Assembly (NCBI GenBank): GCA_964638775.1
Contig: CAZWZH010000066.1
Span: 334-64,333, forward strand
Direction of reading: 5' to 3'
DNA: 64,000 nucleotides
DNA from: an uncultured Pseudomonadales bacterium
Lineage (GTDB): Bacteria; Pseudomonadota; Gammaproteobacteria; Pseudomonadales; Azotimanducaceae
Each line of letters begins with the position of its first letter. The stretch's first letter is position 1. Shown here piece by piece: positions 23,738-36,886 of the stretch. The notes beneath the pieces were generated by a model. The model worked only from the letters and a program-made list of their open reading frames with translations, had not been told where the DNA came from and did not search any database. The position numbers and the translations under genes are program-made.

Positions 23738-24166
23738 ATGGTAGCCATGCACCTGCCGCGAACGACAATCCTGGTGTGTGCGTGCGCGAGTCTTCTCGCC
23801 GTGCAGATCGGCGGGTTGCACGTGCATGGTCACGCAGGTGGCCATGCCGGCGATCGGGGGGACACGCACCTCCACTTCGGCGGGTTGAACGAACACAGTA
23901 AACACGCCCATGCTCTTGGTTTGGGGTCTTCAGACGACAGGAGCGCCGCAGACCCGCAATCTCCCGGCAGCAACGGTGTTGCAGTAGCAGAATTGAGTTC
24001 GGGCAACTGGAAGTCGCCCGATCTCGACACCGACGTCCACCACGGTCCGCAACCTGGCACCGCAGGTGCAGTTCGGGATTACCACCCTATCGCCGGAATA
24101 CGGCCGGCGGCATCCGGAGAGCATTGGCGACAGCCCTCCCGCGGGCCGCCCCTGAGAGCCGTTTAG
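23738..24166 (+). CDS. Small His-rich exported protein upstream of the RND efflux operon
   Basis: MVAMHLPRTTILVCACASLLAVQIGGLHVHGHAGGHAGDRGDTHLHFGGLNEHSKHAH: a signal/TM-like N terminus followed by H-x-H clusters. The start is uncertain. Confidence 0.4.
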   Translation: MVAMHLPRTTILVCACASLLAVQIGGLHVHGHAGGHAGDRGDTHLHFGGLNEHSKHAHALGLGSSDDRSAADPQSPGSNGVAVAELSSGNWKSPDLDTDVHHGPQPGTAGAVRDYHPIAGIRPAASGEHWRQPSRGPPLRAV

Positions 24167-24285
24167 CGGACGGAATTTCCGGCTGCGTGCGGCCTCGACC
24201 CTGGTCGAGAGTCATGCGCACAGTACCGAAATCCTGAGCGTACCCCTGGTACCCGATCCTGTGTTGACCCTGGGAGATTTCTTCG

Positions 24286-25602
24286 ATGTTCCATGCCAAT
24301 GTGCGTCGCGCCTGGTGTTGCCTGGCGGCGTGTCTCGCCGCGGTTACGGCGGCGGCAGGAGAGCCCGGAGCAGGCGCGGCGGAGCATGAAGCGACCCTTG
24401 CGGGGTCGAGCGTCACGCTGGATGCCGCGTTGGGCAGGGCAATGGCGCGAAATCCGGCACTGGTCGCCTTCGGCTACCAGGTGGAAGCTGCGCGGGGAAG
24501 GATGCGGCAAGCCGGAATCCGCCCCAATCCGGAGTTCGACATCAGTGTCAACGATGCCCTGGGGAGCGGCGACTTTCGCGGCATCCGAAGCGCCGAGACC
24601 ACCTTGTCGATTGCGTGGGCGATCGAGCGGGGCGTGCGCCAGAGGCGCCTCGAAGCCGCTCGAGCGGATGTTTCACTGGCGGAACTCGATGCCCGGATCG
24701 AGCGGCTCGACACGGCCGCGGAGACGGCGCGGCGGTTCATCGCCTGCCTGGCGTACCAGGAGCGCCTCGGCCTCGCGGCGGAGCAGGTTCGCCTTGCGCA
24801 AGAGACCATCGCGGCGGTGGAGGCCCGCATCGATGCGGGGCGGGCGACGGGGGCCGCGTTGGCGCGGGCGCGGGCGGGGCTGGTGCGCGCGGAACTGCTG
24901 GAGGAGGAACATCGCCATGAACTGCTCTCCGCGCGGCATCGCCTCAGCGCCCAGTGGGGCGAGAGCGAACCGGATTTCGTATCGGTGGCCGGAAACCTGC
25001 GATCGCTCCCGTTGCTGGATCCGGTGGAGAGCCTGATCGAACGGGTGAAACAGAACCCGGATCTGGCCCGATTCATGTCACGGGAACGCATCGCCGAAGC
25101 GCGACTGCGCGTGGCCCAGGCGCGCAGCCGGCCCGACTGGACGGCCCACGCAGGCATCCGCCGTTACGAACAGACCGACGACCTCGGGCTGGTCGCCGGC
25201 CTGGCGATCCCCATCGGCGTACGCGACCGATACCGGGGCCGCATCGCCGAAGCGCGCGCGGACATGCGCCGCGCGGCCGGCGAGGGCCGGGCGGCCCGGG
25301 TCGAGATCGAGACCGCGGTGTACGCGTTCTACCAGCAGTTGCGTCATCACATTCAGGTCGCCCTGGCTATCCGCGACCGCTTGATACCGCAGCTTGAACG
25401 GGCGCATGCCGACCTCGAGCGGGGGTACGAACTGGGTCGCACGACCTTCCTCGAACTCACCGGCGTGCAGGCGGAACTGCTGGGCGCCAGGCACGACTAC
25501 CTGGAATCGAGCATCGGCGCGCACGAGACCCTGGTCGAAATAGAGCGACTGACCGGAGAGACCGTTCTGCCATCGGGCCGAAAAGGGCGCGAACCGTCAT
25601 GA
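24286..25602 (+). CDS. czcC: Outer-membrane efflux protein, TolC/CzcC family
   Basis: 438 aa with a signal peptide. It has a two-repeat OEP pattern (LDAALGRAMARNPAL...; NPDLARF...). It is the first gene of a C-B-A operon. Confidence 0.85.
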   Translation: MFHANVRRAWCCLAACLAAVTAAAGEPGAGAAEHEATLAGSSVTLDAALGRAMARNPALVAFGYQVEAARGRMRQAGIRPNPEFDISVNDALGSGDFRGIRSAETTLSIAWAIERGVRQRRLEAARADVSLAELDARIERLDTAAETARRFIACLAYQERLGLAAEQVRLAQETIAAVEARIDAGRATGAALARARAGLVRAELLEEEHRHELLSARHRLSAQWGESEPDFVSVAGNLRSLPLLDPVESLIERVKQNPDLARFMSRERIAEARLRVAQARSRPDWTAHAGIRRYEQTDDLGLVAGLAIPIGVRDRYRGRIAEARADMRRAAGEGRAARVEIETAVYAFYQQLRHHIQVALAIRDRLIPQLERAHADLERGYELGRTTFLELTGVQAELLGARHDYLESSIGAHETLVEIERLTGETVLPSGRKGREPS

Positions 25603-26882
25603 AGATACGACTTCGACGCCTGGTTCGCGGCTCGATGCGGCCACCGACGGTTCTCGCCACCACCCTCACTGCGCTGGCTTGTCTTGCGGGGTGTGCAGAC
25701 CCGGGGTCTGCCGAATCGGATTCCGTGCCTACAGTCGCCGGGACCAACGGCGCTTTCGAGCGCGGCCCGAACGACGGCCGCATGCTCCGCGATGGGGAGT
25801 TCGCCATCGAGCTGGCCATTTTCGAGGCCGGCGTTGCGGCGCCCGAGTTCCGCGCCTGGGCCACGCAGGGCGGCCGCCCGCTGGATCCCGGGACAGTTGA
25901 CCTGCGTGTACGACTGACCCGGTTGGGCAACCGGGTCGACGAGCACCTGTTTCACCCGGCCGGCGCGTTACTTCGCGGTACGCCGATGGTTGACGAACCT
26001 CACTCGTTCCGGGTCAACGTGACTGCTGCCCGTCGCGGCAGCACCCATCGCTGGGATTACGACAGCTTCGAAGGCCGTACGCGCATCGATGCGGATACGG
26101 CGACGGCGTTCGGGCTGCGGACCGCGGTGGCCGGTCCTGCGACGATCGACGAGGTGGTAACGGTGTACGGCCGCATCGTGCCGGATCCCGGCCGGGTTCT
26201 CGAAGTCAGTGCGCGATTCGACGGCGCCATCCGTGCCGTGCACGCAAAGCCCGGGGACAGGGTTGGGCAAGGGGAGGTTCTGGCCGTCGTCGAGAGCAAC
26301 GAGAGCCTCAAGGCGTACGCCGTCGATGCGCCGATATCGGGGGTGGTCACCGAGCGCAGCGCCAATGCCGGCGAGCAGACTTCGGGAAGGCGACTGTTTA
26401 CGATCGTTGACGCGTCATCCGTGTGGGCCCAACTGGCAATCTTTCCCGCCGACCGGCAGCGCATCGCGGTGGGAACGGCGGTGACGGTGAAGCCGGCGGC
26501 CGGCGGCGCTTCGGTGGATGGGACCATCTCCTACATCGACGTCTTCTCGGCGCCGGACCAGTCCATCTCCGCCCGGGCGGTGCTGGGCAACCGCGCCGGA
26601 ACGCTGGCGCCGGGGATGTTTGTAACCGCCGAAGCGAAGGTCGCCCGTCACGAGGTGCCGCTGGCGGTCCGGCGGGATGCGTTGCAGGGCTTCGGCGAAG
26701 CCCCCGTGGTTTACGTACAGTTCGGCGACACCTACGAGGCCCGCAGGCTGGAACCGGGCCGGGTGGGGGTCGACTGGGTGGAAGTGCTCGGCGGCCTGGA
26801 ACCCGGGTCCGTCTACGTCGTCGAGAACAGCTACCTCCTCAAGGCGGATATCGAGAAGGACGGTGCGGCCCACATTCATTGA
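25599..26882 (+). CDS. czcB: RND efflux periplasmic adaptor (CzcB/CusB/HlyD family)
   Basis: 427 aa. Lipobox LACLAGC. Barrel-sandwich motifs (GRIVPDPGRV..., GDRVGQGEVLAVVES, APISGVV). ATGA overlap with czcC. Confidence 0.85.
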   Translation: MKIRLRRLVRGSMRPPTVLATTLTALACLAGCADPGSAESDSVPTVAGTNGAFERGPNDGRMLRDGEFAIELAIFEAGVAAPEFRAWATQGGRPLDPGTVDLRVRLTRLGNRVDEHLFHPAGALLRGTPMVDEPHSFRVNVTAARRGSTHRWDYDSFEGRTRIDADTATAFGLRTAVAGPATIDEVVTVYGRIVPDPGRVLEVSARFDGAIRAVHAKPGDRVGQGEVLAVVESNESLKAYAVDAPISGVVTERSANAGEQTSGRRLFTIVDASSVWAQLAIFPADRQRIAVGTAVTVKPAAGGASVDGTISYIDVFSAPDQSISARAVLGNRAGTLAPGMFVTAEAKVARHEVPLAVRRDALQGFGEAPVVYVQFGDTYEARRLEPGRVGVDWVEVLGGLEPGSVYVVENSYLLKADIEKDGAAHIH

Positions 26883-26910
26883 GCGGCTGGCATTGAGCGG
26901 CTGGCATTGA

Positions 26911-30072
<3,162 letters not shown>

Positions 30073-30101
30073 CGGCTTGCGTGGGGCGAATCTTCCGGGT
30101 A

Positions 30102-31241
30102 TCAGCCCGCGACCGCTCCGCTGTCGCGCAACGATGCGATTTCCGCATCGGCGAACCCGAAAGCGTTCAGCACTTCATCGGTATGCGCGCCCGGGGTTAC
30201 CGCGGCCGGGGGCGTCTCCGGGGCCGTGCGGCTGAACCGCGGCGCCGGCGCGGCCTGGTGAATGCCGTCGACCTCCACGAAAGTGTCGCGCGCGGCGTTG
30301 TGCGGGTGCGCGATGGCATCGCGGAAATTCAGGATCGGCGCATAACAGATGTCGGTGCCGAGCATGATCTCGTCCCACTCGTCCCGGGTTCTGGTCTTGA
30401 ATAGGGCTTCCAGCCTCTGTTGCATGGCCGGCCATTCCTGCCGGCTCATCTGCGGGGCCAGGCCGTCCTGCTCGCCGAGCCCGGACTTCTCGAGCAACAG
30501 GGCGTAGAACTGGGGTTCGATGGAGCCGACCGAGACGTATTTCCCGTCTTTCGTCTCGTAGGCGCCGTAGAAATGGGCGCCGCCGTCCAGCATGTTGCTG
30601 CCGCGTTCGGGCAACCACATCTCGGAATTCATCATGCCCAGAATCCCGTTCATCAGCAGTGCCGAGCCGTCGGTCATGGCGGCATCCACCACCTGGCCCT
30701 TGCCGGAGCGGCCCCGCTCGAAGAGCGCCGCGACCACGCCGAAGGCGAGCAGCATGCCGCCGCCGCCGAAATCCCCCACCAGGTTGAGGGGCGGTGTGGG
30801 CCGGCGGCCCTTTTCGCCGATGGAGTGCAGGGCCGCCGTCAACGAGATGTAGTTGATGTCGTGCCCCGCCGCGTGGGCGAGGGTGCCGGTCTGTCCCCAG
30901 CCGGTCATGCGCCCGTACACGAGCCCGGGGTTGCGCTCCAGGCACACATCGGGCCCGAGGCCCAGGCGTTCCATGACGCCGGGGCGGAATCCTTCGATGA
31001 GCACGTCGTTGCCTTCCACGAGGCGCAGCACCGTCTCGACGCCATCGGGGTTCTTGAGGTCGACGGCGATGCTCCTGCGGCCCCGCGCCAGCACATCGGC
31101 CCGGTGCGAAGCCTGGCCGGCCGAGCTGGCCCGGTCGATGCGCACGACCTCGGCGCCCATGTCGGCCAGCATCATGCCGCAGAACGGCCCCGGCCCGATG
31201 CCCTGAAGTTCGATGACCTTAAGCCCCGTGAGTGGTCCCAT
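30102..31241 (-). CDS. Family III CoA-transferase (CaiB/BaiF; alpha-methylacyl-CoA racemase-like)
   Basis: [37 protein letters not shown]. The ORF extends upstream to 31469, but the conserved N terminus starts at 31241. Confidence 0.9.
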   Translation of the reverse strand: MGPLTGLKVIELQGIGPGPFCGMMLADMGAEVVRIDRASSAGQASHRADVLARGRRSIAVDLKNPDGVETVLRLVEGNDVLIEGFRPGVMERLGLGPDVCLERNPGLVYGRMTGWGQTGTLAHAAGHDINYISLTAALHSIGEKGRRPTPPLNLVGDFGGGGMLLAFGVVAALFERGRSGKGQVVDAAMTDGSALLMNGILGMMNSEMWLPERGSNMLDGGAHFYGAYETKDGKYVSVGSIEPQFYALLLEKSGLGEQDGLAPQMSRQEWPAMQQRLEALFKTRTRDEWDEIMLGTDICYAPILNFRDAIAHPHNAARDTFVEVDGIHQAAPAPRFSRTAPETPPAAVTPGAHTDEVLNAFGFADAEIASLRDSGAVAG

Positions 31242-31317
31242 GGTGAATTCCTTGAACAGGTGGACGAAGAAAGACAGTCGCCTAGAATAGCAAACCCGCG
31301 GCTGGGAGGGCCGGAAA

Positions 31318-31950
31318 ATGCAGGCAGACTCACCTTCCGAACTCGATCTTGCGAGTATCGACACCGTGCTGTCCACCGCGCGCTCGGTGCGGCGCCGTCT
31401 CGACTTCGACCGCCCGGTGGAACAGGCCACCATTCTCGATTGCATCGACATCGCCACCCAGGCGCCCACGGGTCTCGGCGGAGAGAGCTGGCGGTTCGTC
31501 GTGGTACTCGATGCCTACCGCAAGCGGCGCCTGGCGGAACTGTACCGAACGGTGCTGCTGGAGCTGGCGGAGGAGCGGGGCCTGGTGATCAAGCCCACCC
31601 AGCAGGCGCTGGTGGCCCGGCTGCACGAGATTCCGGCCATGATCCTGGTGTGCACGACCACACCGGCTCCGGCAGGGGAGGTGGCGGCGCAGGTGGCCTA
31701 CTACGGATCGATTCTGCCGGCGGCCTGGTCGCTGATGCTCGCCCTGCGGGCGCGGCAGCTCGGCGCCACCTGGACGACGCTGCTGTCGTCACGGCAGAAG
31801 GCAGTGGGCAGGATACTGGAGATGCCGGAGGATGCGGTGCTTACCGTCATGTTGCCCGTGGCGTACACGAAGAATGCCCGGCTCAACCGGGCCGAGCGGG
31901 TGCCTGCGCGCCAGGTTACCTTCTGGGATGCTTGGGGGAAGGAAATCTGA
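31318..31950 (+). CDS. Nitroreductase-family protein
   Basis: 210 aa: [41 protein letters not shown]... Confidence 0.8.
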   Translation: MQADSPSELDLASIDTVLSTARSVRRRLDFDRPVEQATILDCIDIATQAPTGLGGESWRFVVVLDAYRKRRLAELYRTVLLELAEERGLVIKPTQQALVARLHEIPAMILVCTTTPAPAGEVAAQVAYYGSILPAAWSLMLALRARQLGATWTTLLSSRQKAVGRILEMPEDAVLTVMLPVAYTKNARLNRAERVPARQVTFWDAWGKEI

Positions 31951-32549
31951 CGGTGCCGTCAGCGACAGAATGCGGTTTTTGAAGCGGGGTCCAAGCCTGC
32001 GTTACGTCCTCCACCGATGCGGAGGCGATGGCCGGGCCGGAGTTAGTGCCATCAGTCGTCAGCGTTGTGCCATTCGCGACGTACATCCAGGCCAACCCAC
32101 CTCCGAAAAGGATCATGAGGACAGTTACAATCCAATACCACCATTCGGCCTCATTGAAACGACTGAATACCGCTCGCGTTGGCTTCAAGCATGAAGGCCT
32201 CGACGTTACACGGACGGATGTAGAAGCGTTTCTGGCTAGCGTTGAAGCATTCCAATCCAGAGCCAGTCTTCCAGCCCGTTCTCTCGCGGGCAATGTTCTG
32301 CAAGGGCCTAGTCGTCGGTGGCGTATTTGGCCAGGGTGTGGCAATGGGCATCATGGCGGTCGAGGGAGCGCTTCAACCTTGAGAACCCTGAATTCAGGAT
32401 GTCGCTGTCGCCGGATACGGCCGCGTGTGTGCCAATCGTCCGTTAGTCGGTCAGTCTTGTTCTTTTTGGGCTCCGCGCCAGCCGGTCAGGTCTTGCGCGT
32501 CCTTCTCTCGGCACCTTTGCCCTTCGTTCCACCATCCAAATCGAATAGG

Positions 32550-32798
32550 ATGCAACGCATGTGGTATTGCGCCTACGAGAACTGGAGGAGATTCCGCGCA
32601 CGAGTGCACTGTGACGGATGCGGATACCTGACGCCGGAGCGCTTGCAACGCGTCCGCGATGGCGACATCGGACCCAATGACTGTTGGCACGACCTGGGGC
32701 ACTTCGCCACTTCGGAGGAAGCTATGGCCGAAGCGCGTCGCCGCCTTCAGCCCGGTAACAACTACGAACTCTCATTCTGCGCCCATTGCCTACCTTGA
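32550..32798 (+). CDS. Small Cys-rich (zinc-ribbon-like) hypothetical protein
   Basis: ~82 aa: MQRMWYCAYENWRRFRARVHCDGCGY...SFCAHCLP, with two CxxC pairs. Start uncertain. Confidence 0.3.
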   Translation: MQRMWYCAYENWRRFRARVHCDGCGYLTPERLQRVRDGDIGPNDCWHDLGHFATSEEAMAEARRRLQPGNNYELSFCAHCLP

Positions 32799-33017
32799 CC
32801 TACTACAGGTGCGTACCCGGACCACGTCCGCGACATCGCAATCCCTGTCCGCTCCCGAACTGAATTGTAGGTGTGATCCGTGTGATCCCCAGCGTCTCCT
32901 CGACGATGATCGGGAGATTGCTCTACCCTCACTTAGCGTCGGACAAAGGCAAGGCTACTTCAGGACAACGCCGCGACACGGTTTCGCACACTGGGGTGAC
33001 ACTGGAAATCCCAAAAC

Positions 33018-33641
33018 ATGAATCAAAACCTACAGAGAGAGGATGCCTTGGAGCGTTCGAAGACATTGAGAGGTTGGGTTGCCGACTGTCTGGACGGACT
33101 CACCATAAGAGACCTTCCGCACAACAAGCGCCTGCAAATGGCAATTGCCTGTCAGCACCTCGCCATCGAGCACTCACACGCGATTGTCGCCCTCGTTGAC
33201 AACGGATGGTACGGATCAGCCCTCGCGCTTCAGCGCCCGCTTTTCGAAGCAGTGGTCCGGGGCGTGTGGTTGAGGTATGCCGCCACCGAGGACGAGGTCG
33301 ACAAGGCCGCCAGGGGGAGGTTTCCGAGACTTGAGAGAATGACCACAGAATCTCCAGAATCGACGAATCAAGACGATCCACCGCCACTGCAAATCCTCAA
33401 AGATCGTTGGTGGAAACGGCTATGCGGCTATACGCACGGAGGGCCAGAACAGATATTGGCGCGATTGGATCACACGGGAATTCGGGCGACTTACCTGGAT
33501 GACGAGATTCTGGCCGCGCTGCGTTGGTCGGATATGGTGCAACTCTTTGCCGGGATACAGATGGCCGACGCAGCCGGCAACACACCGCTTGTCCATGCGT
33601 TCATGGCCCGCGACAGCGACTTTGGCGAGGAACAAACTTGA
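33018..33641 (+). CDS. Hypothetical helical protein, DUF5677/AbiV-like by eye
   Basis: 207 aa. QMAIACQHLAIEHSHAIVALVDNGWYGSALALQRPLFEAVVRGVWLRYAATEDE resembles the DUF5677 core (…aI..L...G....A..L.R.l.E......Wl…). Confidence 0.5.
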   Translation: MNQNLQREDALERSKTLRGWVADCLDGLTIRDLPHNKRLQMAIACQHLAIEHSHAIVALVDNGWYGSALALQRPLFEAVVRGVWLRYAATEDEVDKAARGRFPRLERMTTESPESTNQDDPPPLQILKDRWWKRLCGYTHGGPEQILARLDHTGIRATYLDDEILAALRWSDMVQLFAGIQMADAAGNTPLVHAFMARDSDFGEEQT

Positions 33642-33931
33642 AGGCCGCCGGGCGAATGTCCCGAGAACGCCAGCAGGCTCCACGTCGCCTTCCGCGTCTC
33701 GGCCACCAGTTCCAGCGCCTCGCCGACAGCGGCACCCTGTGGGACTTCGTCGTCTTGACTGCCTCGGCTTTCAGACATCAGCCCAACGTGGTTCCGACTC
33801 CCCTCACTGCTGCTTCTTCACGCCAGACAGTCTTACGCCCGTCGCCCCGCTCCGTCGCCCCCGATCCTTGCCCTCGCCGCTCAATTGAGGTATGTATGGC
33901 TCGGTAGCGAACCACCTAGGCGCCACAAAAA

Positions 33932-34129
33932 GTGACCGATTCCGACGACCAATCCCGCACTAGCCCTTCCGGCGACGCCACCATTGAACGGGCGCAGGTA
34001 CGCATCGACCGCAAAGGCCGTCTCTCCGTTGACGTCGCCGAACTCGCGGCGAGCAAGACCTTCCGTACGGAACTTAGCGAAATGGTCGAACTCGCCAAGA
34101 CTCACCCGCCCAAGACCGCTACCTCCTAG
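33932..34129 (+). CDS. Small hypothetical protein (65 aa)
   Basis: The ORF ends 12 nt before the next gene, on the same strand. No recognisable motif. Confidence 0.3.
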   Translation: MTDSDDQSRTSPSGDATIERAQVRIDRKGRLSVDVAELAASKTFRTELSEMVELAKTHPPKTATS

Positions 34130-34140
34130 CCTTCTCGCCA

Positions 34141-34824
34141 ATGGGTCTGGGCCTCCTTTTGGTGCCCGCCCTAGCGGGCTATCTCTTCCTAAGCTGGTTC
34201 AATGCCACTCGGTATTCCCTACCTCGCGAGACCGGGTACCACGTCGTGTTCCGGTCCGCCATCGCGGGCGTGTTTCTGTTCTTCGTCGCCCGCCTGTTTG
34301 TCCTGCTTGCGAATGCCCTAACTCCCGCAATCGGCTCATCCTGGAAGGCCATCGTCCCTCTCGACTACTCCGGGACCGCCGCCATCACGCTAATCCTCGC
34401 GGCGGCCCTTCCACAGATCATCAACCGCCTGCCTCGGTTCGACCAGTTTCGGGCCCAGCGCGAAGCTGCCATGACAGCTGGCGACCAGATCAGCCTGATC
34501 ATCGACCAAGCCATCCTCCAGAGCCGTTTCGTCGAGATCTCTCTAACCAGCGGCAAGTCCTACGTCGGCTCGCCGATCCAAGGCACTTTTGGACACCGCG
34601 ACGACGGCGACGTCGCGATCATCCCCGTCGCGAGCGGCTACAGACACAACGAAACCCAAGCCCTCGTCATGACCACGAACTACGCGCCTACCATCGACGG
34701 TCTGACGGGTCACGAGTTGGAGAACCTAAAGGTTGCCTTCCCGATGCGCGAGGTAATCTCTGCTCGCCTGTTTGACCGAGCACTCTATGTGTCCTTCCTC
34801 AACACCCCATCCGGATCTCCTTAA
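34141..34824 (+). CDS. Hypothetical membrane protein (3 predicted TM helices + ~120-aa soluble C-terminal domain)
   Basis: Hydrophobic segments: LGLLLVPALAGYLFLSWF, AIAGVFLFFVARLFVLLANAL and TAAITLILAAALPQII. Confidence 0.5.
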   Translation: MGLGLLLVPALAGYLFLSWFNATRYSLPRETGYHVVFRSAIAGVFLFFVARLFVLLANALTPAIGSSWKAIVPLDYSGTAAITLILAAALPQIINRLPRFDQFRAQREAAMTAGDQISLIIDQAILQSRFVEISLTSGKSYVGSPIQGTFGHRDDGDVAIIPVASGYRHNETQALVMTTNYAPTIDGLTGHELENLKVAFPMREVISARLFDRALYVSFLNTPSGSP

Positions 34825-34933
34825 GACAGTTGCCGCCGTACCGTGGAGTGAGCACCTCCAGAAAAGCCCTCGCATCAGGCCCCGCCTGAAATCCGTCGCC
34901 GACGAGGAGGGCAACCAGGTCCGATTCATCGAC

Positions 34934-35260
34934 ATGACTGGCGTTGACCTACGCAGGCTAGTTCACAAGGCGTATGAATTGTCCTGCCCCGTCGGCAACG
35001 GTCACCTGGATTACGAGCCCGGGTCGCTAGCCGAGAGTGAAGTCCAGCAGATACTCTCTGAACACGATTCGACCGCGACACTCTCCATGGACTACGTCAA
35101 AGGGCGCCTCGTCAAATTCGTCCTGTTCGACGGCCGCGGACGCGAGAACATGCCGGGCGTGGAGTACTACCTTCCCGAGCGTTGGGGCGGTGAAATCTGG
35201 ATCGCTCACTCCGACCGACAACTGCGAGAACTCTTGGAGTACTGCCTGCCCGCGGTCTGA
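34934..35260 (+). CDS. Hypothetical protein (start uncertain; ORF open from 34772)
   Basis: Coding-looking sequence: ...LVHKAYELSCPVGNGHLDYEPGSLAESEVQQIL...LSMDYVKGRLVKFVLFDGRG.... No motif recognised. Confidence 0.4.
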   Translation: MTGVDLRRLVHKAYELSCPVGNGHLDYEPGSLAESEVQQILSEHDSTATLSMDYVKGRLVKFVLFDGRGRENMPGVEYYLPERWGGEIWIAHSDRQLRELLEYCLPAV

Positions 35261-35290
35261 CAACTCCCGAGCAAATGGGCGTGTCTCCCC

Positions 35291-35626
35291 TCACCAAGCG
35301 GCCCGAACAGCTTCCTCCATCTCCTTCGTGAACACCTTGTACGTGTCTTCCATGATCTCGTCATCCGCGCCGGTATGACGCAGCCCAAGCAGCTCGAGTT
35401 TTCGGATCACCTGATACACCGCGCAGGCTTCGCCTACGCCCTTCAGGCTGTCCGCATCGACATCCTTCTTCACGAAACGGAACCAGTGGTCGAACCGCGT
35501 ACCAGGGCTGTCGGGGATGGGACACGCGAAAACCGCCTTGCGCAGTTCGGTGTCCCCGACCATTTCGGCGTCTTTCGGTGATCCTTGGACGGCCTCTTCG
35601 AACAGATTCGCTCCGACGACGACCAC
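35291..35626 (-). CDS. Hypothetical 111-aa protein, starting 1 nt after the upstream ORF's stop codon
   Basis: The GTG start lies 1 nt after the stop of 35628-36530, in a different frame. No motif recognised. Confidence 0.4.
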   Translation of the reverse strand: MVVVGANLFEEAVQGSPKDAEMVGDTELRKAVFACPIPDSPGTRFDHWFRFVKKDVDADSLKGVGEACAVYQVIRKLELLGLRHTGADDEIMEDTYKVFTKEMEEAVRAAW

Positions 35627-35627
35627 G

Positions 35628-36530
35628 CTAGGCAGCGCATACTTCGTCCTCCTCCCAGACCTCGTAGAGGAGCCAGATCTCGTCGCCGATTCCTTTTACG
35701 ACGAACGCGCGCTTCCAGTTCCAGCTAATCTCGCCGCCAGACTCGCGAAACAGAGACTCGTAGAACCGCCACTCTGCGTAGAGGAACTGCCGCTGGAAAT
35801 CCGCATACCAGCGGTTCAGATCCTTGTCGTCCTGCGCACGTTGTCTCATGCGCGCTTTGACATCCGTGGACCCGCAGACGTCCATTGAGATTGAAATGAC
35901 CCGCGTACGGCCGTCGCGTCCGGACTCTTCTTCGGTCGCCTCGTCACTAGGCAATCGCTTGCCCAACTCATCTATGAACGCTCTTCGGCTGGCGTCGTGC
36001 TCCTCGTGGGCCATGAGATCCAACGCGTTCGTCAGCACTTGGCGGTCTTCGGCGGACGCGACTTCGATCTCCGCGGCAATAGTCGGGATCGCCGCATCGC
36101 GGCGAATCCGGTCGTTGTTTGACGGGCCGTACAGCGACATCGCCTCGATCGCGATTCTCGAATACACACTCGTTCTTCGCGGTGCGCTGGCGATTTCGGC
36201 AACCGATGCGCCGAACGTCTCTTCGACGCGATCCAACGGGGCCTTTGGAAACAAGACGGCAAGCTCCGCCGCTTGCCTTGAGACTAGGTCCATCTCTAGC
36301 GAGTCCGCCGCCCTCTCAGCAGCCAAGAATCCCGACATGGACGACGCCGTGAGTATTCGTCCCTCCATTTCTTCCAGCACGAAATCCAGTACGTCTAGGC
36401 CGTCGGCTTTGGCGGAGGCATTGGCCAAGGCTGAACGCATCGGCGAGCAGCTTCGCCTTGCGTCGATTGAGCCGTCAAGCTGGCCAGTCAATATCTGGCC
36501 CGAGGAGGACCGTCGCGGCTTGTTGTTCAA
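35628..36530 (-). CDS. Hypothetical protein whose C-terminal ~100 aa resemble the first half of a class III nucleotide cyclase/palm domain
   Basis: 300 aa. RVISISMDVCGSTDVKARM ... FVVKGIGDEIWLLYEV parallels cyclase-homology-domain motifs (v-l-F-x-D-I-x-G-S/F-T ... K-x-x-GD-x-x-m-x-x-F). The ORF ends right after the second motif. Confidence 0.45.
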   Translation of the reverse strand: MNNKPRRSSSGQILTGQLDGSIDARRSCSPMRSALANASAKADGLDVLDFVLEEMEGRILTASSMSGFLAAERAADSLEMDLVSRQAAELAVLFPKAPLDRVEETFGASVAEIASAPRRTSVYSRIAIEAMSLYGPSNNDRIRRDAAIPTIAAEIEVASAEDRQVLTNALDLMAHEEHDASRRAFIDELGKRLPSDEATEEESGRDGRTRVISISMDVCGSTDVKARMRQRAQDDKDLNRWYADFQRQFLYAEWRFYESLFRESGGEISWNWKRAFVVKGIGDEIWLLYEVWEEDEVCAA

Positions 36531-36775
36531 GAGCCAGGATTGGTCCGGGGTACCTGAGTTAACGACATTTTTTGTCGAGGTTAGGTGGGGACCATGGAGA
36601 GGCTAGAACTTCCTGCTAAGCCTGATGGGCGAGGAATGGAAATCACAAAGACCTCATCTCCGACTACGCGATTGGAGATGAACGGACCGGAAGCTCAGTG
36701 AGTGGAAGGTCAAAGGCGTAGAACGCGGGGGAGGGGGTATGTGTAACCTCCCCCGCGCCGTTAATCGACAACTAG

Positions 36776-36886
36776 GCGAGTGGCAGTTGATATTCTTGGG
36801 CGTATGACTTTAGCCGGGCACCACTTCAGGGTATCTGTTTTGTAAGCGGTTGATATAGGAGTGCTTACCTGACGCTGCCACTCGCC
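36776..36886. ncRNA. Candidate structured RNA/DNA element closed by a perfect 13-bp stem
   Basis: aggcgagtggcag (36776-36788) pairs with ctgccactcgcct (36874-36886), enclosing ~85 nt. The enclosed part has an internal hairpin (gtaagc-15 nt-gcttac) and two ttgatat boxes. Strand unknown. Confidence 0.3.

Noticed and set aside
30420-31982. 520-aa plus-strand ORF overlapping the CoA-transferase and nitroreductase
   Set aside because: It is antisense to the CaiB/BaiF gene and out of frame with the nitroreductase.
31916-32344. 142-aa minus-strand ORF with one hydrophobic segment (WWYWIVTVLMILFGGGLAWMYV)
   Set aside because: The only start codon gives an Arg/Pro-rich leader. The ORF overlaps the nitroreductase 3' end and has no supporting motif.
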